Shown: positions 61,936 to 64,000 of the stretch, piece after piece | How positions within the stretch are numbered: position 1 is the stretch's first letter | How the letters are laid out: each line of letters starts with the position of its first letter | IMG/VR virus record: IMGVR_UViG_3300029957_000006 | Coordinates: 60,455 to 124,454 of that record | Direction: 5' to 3' (one strand) | Origin: a virus | DNA: 64,000 bases | Program-made: the position numbers and the translations under genes | The notes under the pieces: model-generated | Database searches by the model: none | Told to the model about the DNA's origin: nothing | The model's input: the letters and a program-made list of their open reading frames with translations, nothing else

Positions 61936-62373
61936 TTATTTTTCGTTTAAAAGGTAATCCTTAAACAAGTCCAAAAATGTAATACCCAAAAATTTAGCTT
62001 GATCATCGCTTTCTACATAAAGGGCCGATGGAACATACGTATTAGTATTAAAATAACTAGTATCATAATACGAAAAACCGCAGTCAACTTTAAACCAAGT
62101 AAACCATTTTGATTGATTCCTATCACTAAAATTTGGTGTCCAATTGGTAAATGATCTAATGGCTTCAACCACTACTTCAAGATGCCTTAATGCTATTTCA
62201 CGTTTACGTAAACTGGTATTAGTATAATCTGGTAGTGTTTTACCTAAGTGTTTATAGGCATCTTCAAGTGTTTTGATGTCTTTATAAGACCTGAATTTGT
62301 TGGTTTGTCTAGCTATTTCAGCTAACTGTTCATCAGTTAAGGTGATACTTACACCATTGATATCGATTTTCAT
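61936..62373 (-). CDS. Remote DGR target protein 4, VR4 at 62023-62082
   Basis: CGFSYYDTSYFNTNTYVPSAL; only A-position differences from TR. Confidence 0.88.
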   Translation of the reverse strand: MKIDINGVSITLTDEQLAEIARQTNKFRSYKDIKTLEDAYKHLGKTLPDYTNTSLRKREIALRHLEVVVEAIRSFTNWTPNFSDRNQSKWFTWFKVDCGFSYYDTSYFNTNTYVPSALYVESDDQAKFLGITFLDLFKDYLLNEK

Positions 62374-62763
62374 ATTTGTATATTTTAAGATTATGATGCA
62401 AAGGTATGAATAATAATTGAATTTACCAAATCTATATCAATATTTATTTCTAATAAGAACTTTAATTTGACTATTATTAATTATATCTCTTACTTCTTTC
62501 CTAGTTTTAGCTAAACGTAAACGATTAAAGCAGATACCATATTCAACTCTCTTATGCCACATATCTGGTCTTTCCTTTAGCTTTTCAACCATAAGATATA
62601 ATTGTACATATCGTCTACATTTATAGAGGAAGAAACTTCTACCCCATTTTGTTTTTAAATCAGCACACTCTTTTTCCATGTTTTTAGTCTAAAGATACTA
62701 AAAACGCAATAAAATGTCAATGAAAACTTTGTTTTTATTTTTATATTACTATATTTATAACCT

Positions 62764-63112
62764 ATGAAAGACTCTAAACATATCAGTATTGCTATTGATC
62801 CAAATATCCTTAAACAATTAGATGAAGGCAACTATAATAAGTCTAAATTGGTTGATTCACTGCTTACTGAACACTTTAAAAATAAAAATCGCCAAAAAGC
62901 GAACTTTACTAAAAAGTAAGATATTTATTAGTATATAAACACATACTAATATGGGACGAAACAAAAAACCAAAAGAAGAGAAAAAGGGTAAATTAAGCAT
63001 ATCTATCTCAACCATTAATTTTCAGCAAATGGAACAGGATGACATTAATAAGTCACAACTAATTAATTGGTTATTGGAACAGCATTTTAACTCTATTAAC
63101 AATGGAAAATAA
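62764..63112 (+). repeat. Second copy of the tandem RHH-like ORF cassette (62764-62919, 62951-63112)
   Basis: Clear nucleotide and protein similarity to 53479-53820. Confidence 0.8.
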
Positions 63113-63830
63113 AATCTGTACTAAATGTGGTAATGAAAAACCTATTAGCGAATATCATACCTCAAATGGTAAACATATTAGTATTTGTAAAATTTGCAAA
63201 AATAATACTAATAAAAAGTACCGAAATAATAACAAAAACTATTTTAAGACTTATATTAAAAATTATCAAATAGAAAATAAAGGAAAATTATCTGAGTATA
63301 GAAAAGAATTTTATAAAGAATATAATAAAGGTGGTAAATTTGAAACTAGAAGAACTGAAACCTTAGAAAGAAATAAGGATAAAATATCTAATAATAAAAA
63401 AAATTATAGAACTAAAAATAAAGACAAAATAAAAGACTATATGAAAAGATATGGTCAAATAAATCGTGAAAAATTAAACAAATATAAAAAGAAATATAAT
63501 AAAGAAAAACCACATATTAAAATATGGATTAGTGTATTAACTAATACTCTCAAAAGATTTGGTAAAAATAAAGAAAATAAAACTATCGATTTATTAGGGT
63601 ATTCACCTACTGATCTTAAAAATCATATTGAAAACTTGTTTACTGATGGAATGAATTGGGATAACTATGGTGAATGGCATATAGACCATATTAATCCAGT
63701 TATTAGTTTTGATAATAATACTAATATAATGGTTGTAAACGCACTCAGCAATCTACAACCATTATGGGCTACAACAAGAGAAATAAATGGGGTTATTTAT
63801 ATTGGTAATCTAAATAAAAACAAATATTAA
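63102..63830 (+). CDS. HNH endonuclease with N-terminal Zn ribbon
   Basis: CTKC..CKIC; MNWDNYGEWHIDHINP...NLQPL. Confidence 0.78.
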   Translation: MENKICTKCGNEKPISEYHTSNGKHISICKICKNNTNKKYRNNNKNYFKTYIKNYQIENKGKLSEYRKEFYKEYNKGGKFETRRTETLERNKDKISNNKKNYRTKNKDKIKDYMKRYGQINREKLNKYKKKYNKEKPHIKIWISVLTNTLKRFGKNKENKTIDLLGYSPTDLKNHIENLFTDGMNWDNYGEWHIDHINPVISFDNNTNIMVVNALSNLQPLWATTREINGVIYIGNLNKNKY

Positions 63831-64000
63831 AGCAAACGATAAAGTGCTTTATCATCATAGTTAAACATAAAGTCTTCTACAGAGGCAATCTTACCATCAG
63901 CAAGACCAAAATATAATCCAGTAAATATTTTGATATCGTGTTTTCCACAAACTTCAAATACTGCTTGAGCAAACTTTTTCTTTTCAGCTGGCATGATATT

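Noticed and set aside
1-64000. Alternative genetic code (stop-codon reassignment)
   Set aside because: Conserved genes are full length in the standard code, and no clear suppressor tRNA was seen

Overview
AT-rich fragment of a large (jumbo-type) phage genome, mostly encoded on the minus strand. The host is probably Bacteroidota, judged from about 25 TTTG..TAnnTTTG promoters. Contents: NAD salvage genes (NadV, NadM-Nudix), mnmA, a PARP, an ART-like protein, RNA and DNA ligases, about 9 homing endonucleases, and about 20 tRNAs plus several aberrant tRNA-like RNAs. Four systems stand out. (1) Two tRNA operons are each headed by a leader-peptide attenuator whose control codons match the downstream tRNAs (Leu/Val/Cys and Phe/Asp/Ala/Glu). 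(2) A compact CRISPR locus has cas3, cas7fv-like, cas5fv-like and classical cas6 genes, no cas8/cas1/cas2, and an array with class 2-style 36-nt repeats and 30-nt spacers. (3) A DGR has one TR and four adenine-mutated VRs, one of them 47 kb away. (4) A structured noncoding region of about 900 nt carries a perfect 25-nt copy of the 23S rRNA helix 69/70 sequence. All family calls come from motif recognition by eye; no searches were run.
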